64,000 nucleotides of DNA, taken from positions 3,720,001 to 3,784,000 of the forward strand of contig OZ024755.1 in NCBI GenBank assembly GCA_964016885.1, written 5' to 3'. The stretch is from Eledone cirrhosa. Its lineage: Eukaryota. Numbering within the stretch: position 1 is the stretch's first letter; every line of letters begins with the position of its first letter. Made by a program: the position numbers and the translations under genes. This document shows positions 30,877-44,754 of the stretch, piece by piece. The notes below the pieces were generated by a model, which was given only the letters and a program-made list of their open reading frames with translations, was not told the DNA's origin and did not search any database.

Positions 30877-32120
30877 ATAGCTTTACAGAAAATTGAAACC
30901 GATTTTGAGAGTTTCCGTGTTTAGAGATTCTACTTCGTGGCAAACGTTACAACAAAGAAGAAGGGAAAAATATTGTTTAAGCTGAAAATAGAATTTGCTG
31001 ACGCTATGAAATAGAATTAGGTGTTATAAAACAATTTACAAGAATGGTAATATTTCTGAAAGTAAACTTCTGGCATGCTAACTTTGGTAAGGTCAGTTAG
31101 CAGGTCATTTATAGAAATCTAAAAATAGGCATCTTATTGATTTTGGAAAATTTGATGTGTACGAGGTAAATGTTCACGTGTATAAATGTTCACGTATATA
31201 AATTCTTTCATATCTCAATTTGAAATGTTTTCTAACGTATTTCAGTCAATCTAAATTTATCTGGATTAGGAAGAAAACTGAACGAACTACGTACGTATAA
31301 CACTTTAAATTGAGAATAAAAATAAAATTGAAGTGTACCAATTCCCAGTTATAGAGAGTCTTATAAAGATAAGCTTTATCGATTCAATTTCAAGACTTCG
31401 TTTCAAATTTAAGTCGTACCCAGTATACTAATGATCTCTAGAAATGCATAACAATCACACATTTGCATTTTATTTCGTTTAAATATGTAGACTAGATGTC
31501 TATAGACTTCGTCGTTGTCACTAGCCTGCAAGTAGCTGTCATTTTATCCCATATATAAGGATTTCAACCACCAGCGTTAACTTAACGGCAATAGGATTCA
31601 AAACATTGCTTATGTATTGAAAACCAGTTTGAAGCATATTGAGAGAAACATTCATTTTTCGATTCATTCTGTCTAAACTATATTGAAACCCAAAGTAAAA
31701 TATAAGCATATTTACATTTACCAACTAATAATATAATAAATATGTTTGGATATTCTCATTCGTAATCTATTTTCCTTGGAGAAGACTTAGAATTCAATAA
31801 CATCTTTACTCCATAAGCTTTGTAACATTTTGCTTCGCACAAATCACTCCTTTGAAACTATATTTTTTGGCACAATCATTTCTTGTATTTGAATAAACAA
31901 GATCATAGTAAAACAATAAATTTTCTTCCCTATTCCTTCTACCCAAGAAACGTTTTGTTTGCTTTCTGTCAAACATTCTAGCTAAACACATTATTTCTTT
32001 CTTTCTGAGCAACAAGTCTTTATTGTTGCTTTAGAAATCAACAATTCTTATCCTCAAAATACTTCGAGACGAATATTTGCTTCCGAATGTACAGCAGTAT
32101 ATCACCGTTTAGACTGAGGA

Positions 32121-32675
32121 TAATTGTTTCTACTTATGACACAAGGCCAGCAATTACTTAGTACATTACTGGTATTTTATTTTATCGACTCCGTAAGGAT
32201 GAAAGGCAAAGTTAACCTCAGTCCATAAAGGGACGTAACTGTGCTGCAAAGCATCGCGTCCGACCCTCTACCTATACTGCCAATTCACCAATGATAAAGA
32301 GATATATCTATCACATGTACACAGTCCACAAATGTAGAGGAGGGGTGTAGTTGATTCTGTTGACTAACAATACTTCTTACTTCCTCAGCTTCAGAGAGAA
32401 AGACTATTATTGAACTGTCCGTGGGGCGGACCTAGGTGTAGAGCAGTCATAGGCAAACTTTAAATTCGTTGGCCTTATGGTTTTCTGATTTAGGCACAAG
32501 ACCAACAATTTGGCGGAGGGAGAAAGTCGATTAAATCGACCCGAGTGCATTATTGGTACTTTATTTTATCACCCCGTAAGAATGAAGAGGAAAGCTAACC
32601 TCGGCGGGATTTGAACTCAGAACGTAAAGGGCCGCAACTATATGCTGCAAAACATGTTGTCCGACGCTCTACCGC
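32121..32675 (-). mobile_element. SINE A copies 32121-32290 and 32476-32675 (long tail)
   Basis: Family consensus. Confidence 0.85.
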
Positions 32676-33168
32676 GTAAACGAAGTGAACATTCTTCAAT
32701 ACATCTTCTACAAGGTACTAAAATATCTACAAATATATTTAGATCACAAACAAAAAATAAAATATTACTTATTTTCCAAGATGAGAAAATTATTTGATGA
32801 CGCAAGGGGAAATTGAAAATGGTTTGTTGAGAAATTAATTCTCCGATGTTAGAAGGCGTGAAAACAAAAGCTGAATTATGAGAATCGTTGAAAAGCCTTC
32901 CATATTTCCATTAAAGAAAATTAGACACATATATGCTCTGTTAGCGTCCAATCAAAATTGGAAAGTAGCATTGAGTATTTCCGCTTGGAAAAGTAATGGA
33001 AAGCACAAATATATTAGTCAATTATATCGCTTTGTAATTCACCTAATATATTGAATATAGATCCTATGTAACGGAAAGACGACTATAAATTAGAAATAGT
33101 GTTCAGGCAGAACATGGAATAATATTTTTGTTTTTATTTTTCTAATTTATGGCCATATCACACTGAAG

Positions 33169-33435
33169 CAGGGCCTGATTTAATGGTGGTGGTGGTGATG
33201 GGAAGAAGCAAAGGGGGAAATTGCCTCAGGCCCACTACAATGTGGGGCCTCACTGGTGACAGCCGTACCAATTAAATTTGTGCCCTCAGCTGGGCTTTTT
33301 AGTTTTAGAATGGTTGTTAGAATTTTTGAATTTAATACCTGTTTGTATAACTTTTCAATTCCAATTACTTGCGCCAAGCTAACTTTGATTTATAAAATGG
33401 GGGGGGGGGGGGGGCTTACTGTGTATTCTAATTTT
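33169..33435 (+). mobile_element. hAT-type MITE, truncated relative of 21181
   Basis: Shares TGTGCCCTCAGCTGGGCTTTTTAGTTTTAG. Confidence 0.7.
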
Positions 33436-33940
33436 CTCTCTTCCTTCTCTCTCTAAAAAAAAAAAAGAAAAAAAATGACCGTTGTTCAGACCCGGAGAGA
33501 GGTGGTCACCATTAAGTTTAAAAGGCTCAAAACAGGCTACATGCCACATGCCATAACGGTGGCTCTAATGACTCCATTACAGGAACATATCATACACTTA
33601 CAGACAAAGCTAACAATAACCTCCCTTTCTGCGGAATATATCTAAATTTTCAAAATTTGAAAAGCATACATTATCAATTAGACCGTGATTGATATTACCA
33701 CCACAAGCATGTGGGAAAAGCAAGCTGAAATTGTGAGAAATTTAAGTAAATTTCAATGGTAATTAGAAAGTATTGATATTTTCAATCATCTATTATTACA
33801 AATTTGTTGAATTTAATTTTAATTATTTCTTTATAAAATTGCATTAGCAGCAAATATTCATAAATTTTGTAATTATATTATACTTAACTGTGCAAAAAAC
33901 TTTAATTAATAATACAATATATATATATATGACTTCATTG

Positions 33941-33980
<40 letters not shown>

Positions 33981-34176
33981 CTTCATTGTCATATGATATA
34001 TGACAGGTAATAATAATTGTGTACTAAAAAAGAAAATTGAGCTCTACCTAAAAGGAAACGGTTTTAGATGTTTCGAGAAGAATGTTTATGATTATATGAT
34101 CACCAAAGATTGAAGGTGTGTATAAATATGTATACTACCTGGATTGAGGGCGTGTGTAAAAATATATACTATCACA

Positions 34177-34453
34177 CAAGGGCCTTGTTTCAGGGGGGTA
34201 CCAGGGGACAAGTCCTCCCCACTTTTCAAAAGTTTATATTTTATTTTTTGTTCATTTGATATAATAAATTCTTTTTAAGCTTATTTTTTTTATATCTGAA
34301 CTTCATTTGAATATATAAAATTTAATTAGCATAAAATGTTATTTATGTGATAGGGTCCAGCAAAGACACAATAAGCAATACTAACATGCTCCTTTAAGAA
34401 TCAACAAATGTTGGTTTGTCCCCCTCACATTTTTAAGGCAAACGAGGCCCCTG
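34177..34453 (-). mobile_element. hAT-type MITE, same family as 17954
   Basis: Reverse complement copy; TSD CTATCACA/CTATTACG. Confidence 0.85.
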
Positions 34454-35186
34454 CTATTACGGACGTGGCTTTTTAGTCCTGCAATACTTTTTATGACCAG
34501 CAATTCAATGCATCACAAAAAATGTCACATATCAAGCGATGCCTGTGCTTGAAGCTTTTTTAAGTGAGGAAAGACTTTGCAAAGGGCCAATTCCACTCTC
34601 TGAACATCGAATGTATTTGTCCATACATACACACTCGATGTGGTTCTATAGGAAAATTCCTCTCTGTGTCTATATAAGCTAAGATGTCCGTGTCTAGTAT
34701 AATTATACAGCCCTCAAACGTGTAATCTGGAATGGTTTTTTGTTTTAATTAATTATTTAAATCAAAGTCCTTTCAAAATTAAACTACTGAGTCAATCTGT
34801 TAATACCAGGTAGCTTTAATTACAAACTTAAGTCCTACTAATCACAGTTATAGAAAGTTCAGAGGGAGTATTAGTAACTGTTGTTAAATTAAAGCTTTTA
34901 ACTTCTAACCTGCAGGAAATGTTTCTTAATTTGTTGAAATACTTCACCAATTAACCACGAATAGTTTGCAGTGAACTGTGTTACTGGAGAATAACAATTT
35001 TATCAGGAGGACTACTGGTGCAGTTTTTTTGTGAACGTATTTAAAAAACACACACAAAAAAAGAGACAAGACCGAATTGTCATGACTGAAAAAAACCTTT
35101 CATTATAAATTTGCTACGTCAGCGTTAACCTATGGTTAAACAACAACAACAACTACAGCAACAATTATTATTACTACTATGCAGAA

Positions 35187-35376
35187 GGGCGGTGAATTGG
35201 CAGTATCGGTGGAGGGTTGGACGTCATGCGTTCCAGCATAGTTACGTCCCTTTACAGTCTGAGTTCAAATCCCGGCGAGGTTAACTTTGCCTTTCATCCT
35301 TACGGGGTCGATAAAATAAAGTAGCAGTAATGTACTGGGGTAATTGCTGGCCTTGTGCCAAAAGTAGAATCAATTA
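35187..35376 (+). mobile_element. SINE A, full length, with probable TSD
   Basis: Family consensus. AATTATTA..TACTACTATG(C/T)AGAA occurs on both sides. Confidence 0.9.
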
Positions 35377-35699
35377 TTACTACTATGTAGAAAGCGAAAA
35401 GAAAGACCCCCCCCCCAAAAAAAAACAAAAAAAAACAGACACCAAACAACCAGATTCTACCTAAAGACCTCCAGTAAACCAATTCCACCTTTCATAAATC
35501 TTTTATGTAAAGATATGTTTGTAGCTTATCTCGTGTACAGATATATATGAATGTAGACAGCAAAAAATAATATATATATCTATATATATATATATAAGCT
35601 ACCAAAAGCGGGACTCTACCTAAAGACCTCCAGCGAACCAGTTTCACCTTCCATATCTCACCCACACATATTTCAGGTGAGATGAATGAAAGTTGTTTA

Positions 35700-35820
35700 C
35701 TGAGCCTACTTCCGTTACAATATTACGACCGCCCATTAGAACAGGTAACTATAGTAACATTTGTCTATATAAAGAACACTGGTCGGTTTAGACAACAGCA
35801 GCGCCCCCTGTCACAGCAAG
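35700..35820. promoter_or_regulatory. Motif cluster: RFX X-box, ETS, GC-box, CTCF-like
   Basis: GTAACTATAGTAAC (35745-35758) fits GTHNYYATRRNAAC. ACTTCCG at 35708, ACCGCCC at 35728, CAGCGCCCCCTGTCA near 35799. Confidence 0.35.
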
Positions 35821-35842
35821 ATATTCATATTTTCATGACTAT

Positions 35843-36247
35843 TTCTGTGTGTGTCTGTGTGTTTGTGTGTCTGTTTGTGTTAGTGTGTGTGTGTGTGTCT
35901 GTGTGGGGTGTCTGTGTGTTTGTTCTTGTGTGTGTGTGTGTGTGTGTGTGTGTGTCTGTTTGTGCTTGTGTGTGTGTGTGTGTGTTTGTGCTTGTGTGTG
36001 TCTGTGAGTATTTGTATGTGTGTGTGTATGTGTGTATGGGTGTGTGTTTGTGTTTGTGAGGGCGGAAAGAAAGAAATGTGGTAGAGAGAGAGACACACAC
36101 ATAATGGAGAGGCAGAGGAGACAGATACGAGAGAGAGAGAGAGAGAGAGATACTAGAGAGTGAGAGAGAGACAGACACAGCTGGTGGAGAGAGAGATAGT
36201 GTTGATGGCGGGGGAGGGAGAGGTGTTGGAGAAAGAAAGGGAGAAGG

Positions 36248-36286
<39 letters not shown>

Positions 36287-36780
36287 ACATAACTCGGAGC
36301 AGAAAAATGTGAAAGAAAGAGAATATGTTTGAGTTAAAAAATATAAGAAAAGACAGCCACTGTGAGAGGGTGGTGTGAGGAGAGAGAGAGAGGGGGTGAG
36401 GAGAGAGAGAGGGAGGTGTGAGGAGAGAGAGAGGGTGGTGTGAGGAGAGAGAGAGAGAGAGTGTGTGTGTATGTGTGAAGGAGGGTAAGACAGACACACA
36501 TATATATATGCACTTACAGACACATACACAGCTACACACACACACACATGTTCACACTTACACAAACACATGCGCACATACACACTTACACGCAGGCATA
36601 TACATAATTGCACACGCATACACGCTCATATAGTCTTACATATACATACATGCATACACATTCACACACAGAAACATGTTGCATACACTCTCACACGTGC
36701 ACACACATACACACATACACTAACAGATACACACGCTCACACCGACATACATACACTAACACACAAACTCTCACAAATAC
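35843..36780. repeat. (TG)n, (GA)n and (CA)n low-complexity block
   Basis: Seen directly. Confidence 0.9.
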
Positions 36781-37702
36781 ACTTTCGCAGAGGAGAATTG
36801 GTAGAGATGTTTAAAGCGCCTGATCATATAATGTCTAGTCGTATCTCTTCCTGCGCTCTATGTTCTGTGTTAAAATCCTACCAAAGTGAACTTTGCTTTT
36901 CATTCTTTCTGGGTATAAAATAAAGTAAGCGTTGATCTGCAGAACTGTTAGAATTGTAAGAGCGGCAGGCGAGATGTCGTCTGCTATCTTTGAATTCTGA
37001 AACTAACGCCTGCCATGGCACTGGTGTCAAACTGGATCGGCTTTCGCCTTACCTTTCGTCTAGAATCGGTTGTTTGTTGTGTGCCTACTATCTTCTTCTT
37101 CTTCTTCTTCTTCTTCTTCTTCGTAGTGGGTTTTGATAGTGAGAGGGGAGACAGAGTCCTTAAATAATCCTTTGTATGTATGTATGTATGTATGTATGTA
37201 TGTATGTATGTATGTATGTATGTATGTATGTATGTATGTATGTGTGAAGAAAGGGTAAAGAAGAGAGAATGAGAGAAAGAGAGAGAGAAAGGGGAAGAGA
37301 ATAAGAGAACGAGAGAAAAAAAGTGAGAGAGAAATGGATGATAAAGAACGAAAGGTAGAGAGGAAGATGGCGACTATACCTCGGAGACACTGGAGAATAT
37401 GAAAAAAACTGAAAAAAAAACGCAGAGTGTATGTGATCAGAATATTATTCACACGCAATCTAAAGCCGTGGTTTAAAACCGACGAATCTGTGTGCGTAAC
37501 AATTCAACAATAAAATCTCTAGTGTTTGTTTTAGCTCCACAAGGTTTTTTTAATCGATAAGTTTTGTCTGATTTTTACTATTTTCTACAAGCCACAAAAA
37601 CAACAAAAGTACGAAAACAAAGCTGCCATGTTAGGGTTTGCTATTTCATTTTCTTGTCTTTCTCTTTGGTTAGTTTTCTTTCCTCTCGTTGTCTCTGTTT
37701 CT

Positions 37703-37880
37703 TGGCAGTATCGCTAGAGCGTCAGACACCATGCTTTGGAGCATAGTTTGTGGCCCTTGCCATTCTGAGTTCAAATACTGCCGAGGTTAACTTTGTCTTT
37801 CATCCTTACGGGGTCGATAAAATAAAGTTTCAGTAATGTACTGGGTAATTGCTGGCCTTGTGCCAAAAGAAGAAACAATT
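37703..37880 (+). mobile_element. SINE A
   Basis: Family consensus. Confidence 0.9.
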
Positions 37881-38206
37881 ATTTAAAATCAAACTAGACT
37901 CGTTTTAATTCAGTATGTTACAATATAATATGATCAGTGGCAGGCTGGCCAGGTTGTCAGGATGCTCAATGGCAAGTGGGCCCCAGGGGGCCCAAGGTAG
38001 CATTGCAGGGCCCATAGTAGCATTGTAGGGCCCACTGTAGTATTTTAGGAGCTAATGCTTTGCTTTCAAAAAATAACTGAGGTCTAAGAGAAAGAATAAT
38101 ATTTTTTTAAAAATAAATAAAACAATTAAGCAAAGCATTTGGTCAACCAATTCCCCAGGGAATGAATAGAAACCAAAATATATGAGGATGTAGTTTATGG
38201 AACACC

Positions 38207-38677
38207 CAAATGATTTAGAAGTCAACCTTAAGTAGGAGCAATAACATTAAGAAAGACATGAACGCCACCACATCATTTTGTTTTGAAAATTTTGAAAGTA
38301 GGTTTATAAGTATGCATTTTCATAAGATTTTCGTAGTTGACTCTGTGGCCCAGTGGTAGGTACTAGAGACGTTGGTGATCCTGGTCTAGGGTTCAATACT
38401 GGTCAAGAGTCTTCTTGATTTTTTTAAAATTTTACATCCCATAGAAAAAAACTGAAAATGTTTACTAGGAACCCTAATCCCGACTAGGATCGAACTTCAG
38501 TCCAGGGTCACGACTGGCTATGCTTCTTCCAACTAGGACACCAAGACAGCTACAAACGGATAATGAAAATTGATAATTATAAACCTACTTTCAAAATCAA
38601 AGTTACAAAGATATAGAGTCGTTCATGACTTTCCTAGAGCTATTAGTCCTATTTAGGGTCGACTTGTCAATCTTCTG
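38207..38677. mobile_element. Long degenerate inverted-repeat element with two convergent tRNA-like units
   Basis: Arms share AAGTC(A/G)ACC..CATGAACG..TTTTGAAAGTAGGTTTATAA. tRNA-like segments at 38339-38411(+) and 38477-38547(-). Confidence 0.7.
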
Positions 38678-38752
38678 TCTCTTTGGTAACAACCTTATTA
38701 ATCCTATGTGTTTAATTTTTGAATTAATTTAATTTGATTATTTTAACAAACA

Positions 38753-38831
<79 letters not shown>

Positions 38832-39441
38832 AATATATATTTAACACCTAAGGAAAAATACTTAGGCTGAAAAAAAAAGATTGCATTGAAGAATTTTCCT
38901 TCTTCTGATATGATTCCTCAAAGGAATGTCAGCTAATGTGGCAGTTGTAAATCCTAAAAGCATTATAAGCAATTAATATGGTGGATTGAGAAATAGACGA
39001 TGCTTGTCAACGGAGACACGAAATTGCACAACATTCAATAGCAGAGAACACAAGAGATTCCATGTAGCGTAGGATTTGCCTTTCTTCTGACCGGATTTAC
39101 AACTACTTAAGGTTTATCATAGATGTTTTAATACCGAATTTAAATATTCTTTATTTGAAGCACAAAGCGTTTTGTGACATTTTAAGTGTGTTTCCCTAAT
39201 TTTGCTTAGATAGAATTTAGCAACATTCCACGACTTGTTTAGTATTTACCAATTTAGATACGTTGATGTTTGTGATCGAGTTGGATTAATACAGTTCGAG
39301 AGATTAAATAAGGTCAACGAACTCGAAGAAGCAAAATACGTTCAGAAATGTCATATATGTTTAATTTCACGGTTTTATTCCTATTCCAAGAAGATAAGAG
39401 AAGAGAAAATGTTATTTACTCACAAAGCAAAATTCAATTTT

Positions 39442-39455
39442 GCCACTAGAGGGCA
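39442..39455 (+). promoter_or_regulatory. CTCF-type core motif
   Basis: GCCACTAGAGGGCA matches the canonical CTCF core. Confidence 0.45.
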
Positions 39456-40701
39456 ATGTTGTGGCGACACAATAATCCTGGTTCAACTTCTTCCAGATAT
39501 TTGAACATAAATTGTCAATAAAGATAAAACTATTCGTAATAACGCTCTACCGAGTATATGCAACATCAACAAAACGATCAAAGTGATTGATTATTCTGAA
39601 GGTTTTGATATAAATTTAGAACTATTGGGGGAGATTTCCATTCTCAACCTTAAGGTCATCCTTTAAGAATCTTTAAATTATGGATTTCTGGCAGAGAGTA
39701 AAGAAATGATGTTTTATCTAAGAACTAATCTCAATTCACTTTTCCAATTACTTCAGCCATAACACAATAAAAAGGGCTCCAGTTAAACGTTAGGATAACA
39801 AATAATGATCCTTATACCCTTGAATATATATAATATATCTATCTATCGATTTGTAATTGTGGAAACTCTGCTGTATTTACAGTAAACGAAGAGAATGAAC
39901 GGTTGGAGTTACTGACCTACCAAGCAAAAATGTCATTCATTGACATTTTTGCTTTAGCATATGGTTTTGTCTTTAGGCATGAAATATTATTGTCATCACA
40001 AGAGTGTAGCAGACAAAAATGTCACAATCCACACGTTTACAAACAGAATACAGTTTGTTTCTTTGACATATTCTTTAAATTCTTTGATATTATTAACCAT
40101 TTCATTATAGTATTTCCAATGAAATACATCTTATTTTAATTAATTAATAAAGAATTTCAGTGGATTTACTAAAATAATTTATTATTTCACTACTAAGATA
40201 GTAACTTAATGTAAGGTTTTTATATAAAATGATGTTGGAAGTTTTAAATTTAAATTGGAAACCTTTAAAATCGATGATTTTATTTCATAGAATCAGAGCT
40301 GGTTTTGGCTGGGTTGGTAATTAAAGGGTTAAAAGTTGTAATAAGGTTAGTGGATTGGCAGTAATAGGTAGAGCGTCGATTATATTTAAGATCGTTAAGA
40401 TTTTTATTAGTACCAGGTTTATATTTATGGCTGTATATAAGTCTATTTTAGATTTTGGTGTTTATTATATTATTGCTAATGTTGGGAATTTTCGTTTTTC
40501 GTCTATTCTTATTACGTTCGTAGTTTTTGCAAGTTGTATTTATACACTCTTCTGTGTATTTGCTATTATTCGGTAGGTGAGTATTTGTTCACCCTTTCAT
40601 TATCTCCATTATTATTCCATCATGGTTTAGAATAATTGTTATGTTTATTAATTTTAATTATATTAATGTTTAAGTTAGGTCAATGTATCGTCATGTTATG
40701 T

Positions 40702-41820
40702 GAGGATTGGCAGAATCGGTAGAGAGTCTGACGCCATGTTAGGGCGGTGGATTGGCAGTATCGGTAGAGAGTCTGACGCCATGCTGGGGCGGTGGATTGG
40801 CAGTATCGGTAGAGAGTCTGACGCCATGTTAGGGCGGTGGATTGGCAGTATCGGTAGAGAGTCTGACGCCATGTTAGGGCGGTGGATTGGCAGTATCGGT
40901 AGAGAGTCTGACGCCATGTTAGGGCGGTGGATTGGCAGTATCGGTAGAGAGTCTGACGCCATGTTAGGGCGGTGGATTGGCAGTATCGGTAGAGAGTCTG
41001 ACGCCATGTTAGGGCGGTGGATTGGCAGTATCGGTAGAGAGTCTGACGCCATGCTAGGGCGGTGGATTGGCAGTATCGGTAGAGGGTCGGATGCCATGTT
41101 AGGGTGGTGGATTGGCAGTATCGGTAGAGAGTCTGACGCCATGTTAGGGCGGTGGATTGGCAGTATCGGTAGAGAGTCTGACGGCATGTTAGGGTGGTGG
41201 ATTGGCAGTATCGGTAGAGAGTCTGACGCCATGTTAGGGCGGTGGATTGGCAGTATCGGTAGAGAGTCTGACGGCATGTTAGGGCGGTGGATTGGCAGTA
41301 TCGGTAGAGAGTCTGACGCCATGTTAGGGCGGTGGATTGGCAGTATCGGTAGAGAGTCTGACGCCATGTTAGGGCGGTGGATTGGCAGTATCGGTAGAGA
41401 GTCTGACGCCATGCTAGGGCGGTGGATTGGCAGTATCGGTAGAGGGTCGGATGCCATGTTAGGGTGGTGGATTGGCAGTATCGGTAGAGAGTCTGACGCC
41501 ATGTTAGGGCGGTGGATTGGCAGTATCGGTAGAGAGTCTGACGCCATGTTAGGGCGGTGGATTGGCAGTATCGGTAGAGAGTCTGACGCCATGTTAGGGC
41601 GGTGGATTGGCAGTATCGGTAGAGAGTCTGACGCCATGCTAGGGCGGTGGATTGGCAGTATCGGTAGAGAGTCTGACGCCATGTTAGGGTGGTGGATTGG
41701 CAGTATCGGTAGAGAGTCTGACGCCATGTTAGGGCGGTGGATTGGCAGTATCGGTAGAGAGTCTGACGGCATGTTAGGGTGGTGGATTGGCAGTATCGGT
41801 AGAGAGTCTGACGCCATGCT
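40702..41820 (+). repeat. 45-bp satellite (~25 units) derived from the SINE A head
   Basis: Unit GGCGGTGGATTGGCAGTATCGGTAGAGAGTCTGACGCCATGTTAG. Confidence 0.95.
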
Positions 41821-41970
41821 TTGCAGCAAAGAGTTACAGCCCTTTATGATCTGAGTTCAAATCCCGTCGCAGTTAACTTTCCCTTTCATCCTTATGGGGT
41901 CGATAAAATAAAGTACCAGTAATGCACTGGGTAATTGCTGGCCTTGTGCCTAAAGTAGAAACAATTATTA
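41778..41970 (+). mobile_element. SINE A body terminating the 45-bp satellite
   Basis: The last satellite unit continues into the B-box, central domain and tail. Confidence 0.9.
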
Positions 41971-41989
41971 TAATGAACTTCATGATGGA

Positions 41990-42567
41990 GAGGACACAGA
42001 TCCAAGCTGACTGGCGATAGGACACAGAGCTGAGCTGACTGGTAATAGGACACAGAGCTGAGCTGACTGGTAATAGGACACAGAGCTGAGCTGACTGACA
42101 ATAGGACACAGAGCTGAGCTGACTGGTAATAGGACACAGAGCTGAGCTGACTGGTAATAGGACACAGAGCTGAGCTGAATGGCAATAGGACACAGATCCA
42201 AACTGACTGGCAATAGGACACAGAGCTGAACTGACTGGTAATAGGACACAGAGCTGAGCTGACTGGCGATAGGACACATAGCTGAGCTGACTGGTAATAG
42301 GACACAGAGCTGAACTGACTGGTAATAGGACACAGAGCTGAGCTGACTGGCGATAGGACACATAGCTGAGCTGACTGGTAATAGGACACAGAGCTGAGTT
42401 GACTGGTAATAGGACACAGAGCTGAGCTGACTGACAATAGGACACAGAGCTGAGCTGACTGGTAATAGGACACAGAGCTGAGCTGACAGACAATAGGACA
42501 CAGAGCTGAGCTGACTGGTAATAGGACACAGAGCTGAGCTGACTGGCAATAGGACACAGAGCTGAAC
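41990..42567 (+). repeat. 28-bp minisatellite (~20 units)
   Basis: Unit GGACACAGAGCTGAGCTGACTGGTAATA. Confidence 0.95.
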
Positions 42568-42699
42568 TAGAAACAATTATTATTCTCTATCGTAATTGAT
42601 AGGTTGTATTCTTTAAAGAACACCTTTGCCCATAGGCTTGATTAATCAGGTTGACGTTTGGGAAAACAAAAGCAACAAAGGTTTCTTTCATGGAGACAT

Positions 42700-42860
42700 C
42701 ATCTTTGGAGTATAGGGAATACATTAAATACGATCATATGAAGTTCAACAACTTCCCCAGGTGTATTAGAGACGTTAAATCAAGTCCAATAACTTCAACT
42801 AGGAACTGAAGCCTGGTCTTGGCTCAACATAAGATTACTTCTCCTTACAGTGGAAGCCGC
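42700..42860 (+). mobile_element. Possible CR1-type LINE 3' remnant
   Basis: TTCAACAACTTCCCCAGGTGTATTAGAGAC reads FNNFPRCIRD, like CR1 ORF2 ends. Highly decayed. Confidence 0.3.
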
Positions 42861-42956
42861 GCTGTTTGTTTTGTCATCCAACATAATTGATGACCAAAAC
42901 ACGCATGTTTATTTATGTCTGTGCAGGAGATGAGGTGAACGTATGTGTGCGTGTGT

Positions 42957-43012
<56 letters not shown>

Positions 43013-43287
43013 ATATATATGTGTGTGTTTGTGTGTGTGGGGGCAAGAGAGGAGGTGAATGTGTGTGTGTGTGTGTGTGTCTGTGCGTGTGTTTCTGTAT
43101 TTGAATGTTGTCTTTCTGTATTTGTAAATAGGAAGAGAGAGACACAAATAGCACGAGAGTGAGAGAGAGAGAGAGAGAGAGGAGGAGGAGGGGAGCATAG
43201 AAAGAGAGAGAGAGATAGGGTGAGAGGGTGAGAGAGAAAGGGAGAGAGAGAGAGTGAAAGAGACATAAATAGCACGAGAGATAGAGT

Positions 43288-43345
<58 letters not shown>

Positions 43346-43538
43346 TATTAAAAATTCCACTTTATGATGAAAGTGAGATGAGTACTTGGAAAGCTGTGAA
43401 AGGAAACAAACTGAAAATAAAAGAGAATAAAAGCCGCCTCACAAATTGATAAATTGGCTGCAATAAAATAGTTGTGGGGTCGTTGTAAACAAATACGTGG
43501 AAGGAATATTAAAAAGATTGGAAAATTTCATAGAGAAG

Positions 43539-44329
<791 letters not shown>

Positions 44330-44717
44330 AGGAGAGAAGTGAATGGCTATTTCACTCAGATACAACACTCAACTAATGAGGAAGTAAGTCGTTCGACTGA
44401 AAAGCTTTGGTCGAATGCTTTCATGAAACGAGAGCTTAAATTGATAGATTTTCGCAATATGTCTAATGACAATATCATTAGAAGGCTATTACAGTGGTGT
44501 TGTTTTATAGATCTACTACACCTGCTTGTATTGCATGACAACAGATAACTACAAGTTTGGTTACTTGACGGTATTGTAGGGAATAATTATAACTCATATG
44601 ACAATATTCTGAATAGCTTTACGCCATTGTATCTAGTCTTCTTTCTAGTATAAAGGAGAGTATGGTCGAAAGGAGAACTGGTAAGGGTGCTTGACTAAAG
44701 GTCATAATATGGTAGGC

Positions 44718-44751
<34 letters not shown>

Positions 44752-44754
<3 letters not shown>

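Noticed and set aside
32780-33070. Decayed Tc1-like transposase (also 53590-53700)
   Set aside because: Only vague peptide resemblance with many stops; needs tblastn.
37364-37402. AAGATGGCG start of a gene
   Set aside because: The ORF is only 11 codons and there is no other support.
38339-38547. Functional tRNA genes
   Set aside because: Stems are poorly paired and anticodons uncertain, so they are reported only as tRNA-like.
40380-40700. Mitochondrial insertion (strong T/G skew)
   Set aside because: No recognisable mitochondrial gene sequence.
40702-42567. CRISPR-like arrays or repeat proteins (377, 384 and ~220 aa ORFs)
   Set aside because: Units are contiguous with no unique spacers and no cas genes. 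The ORFs arise from stop-free repeat units, and the 45-mer is a SINE head.
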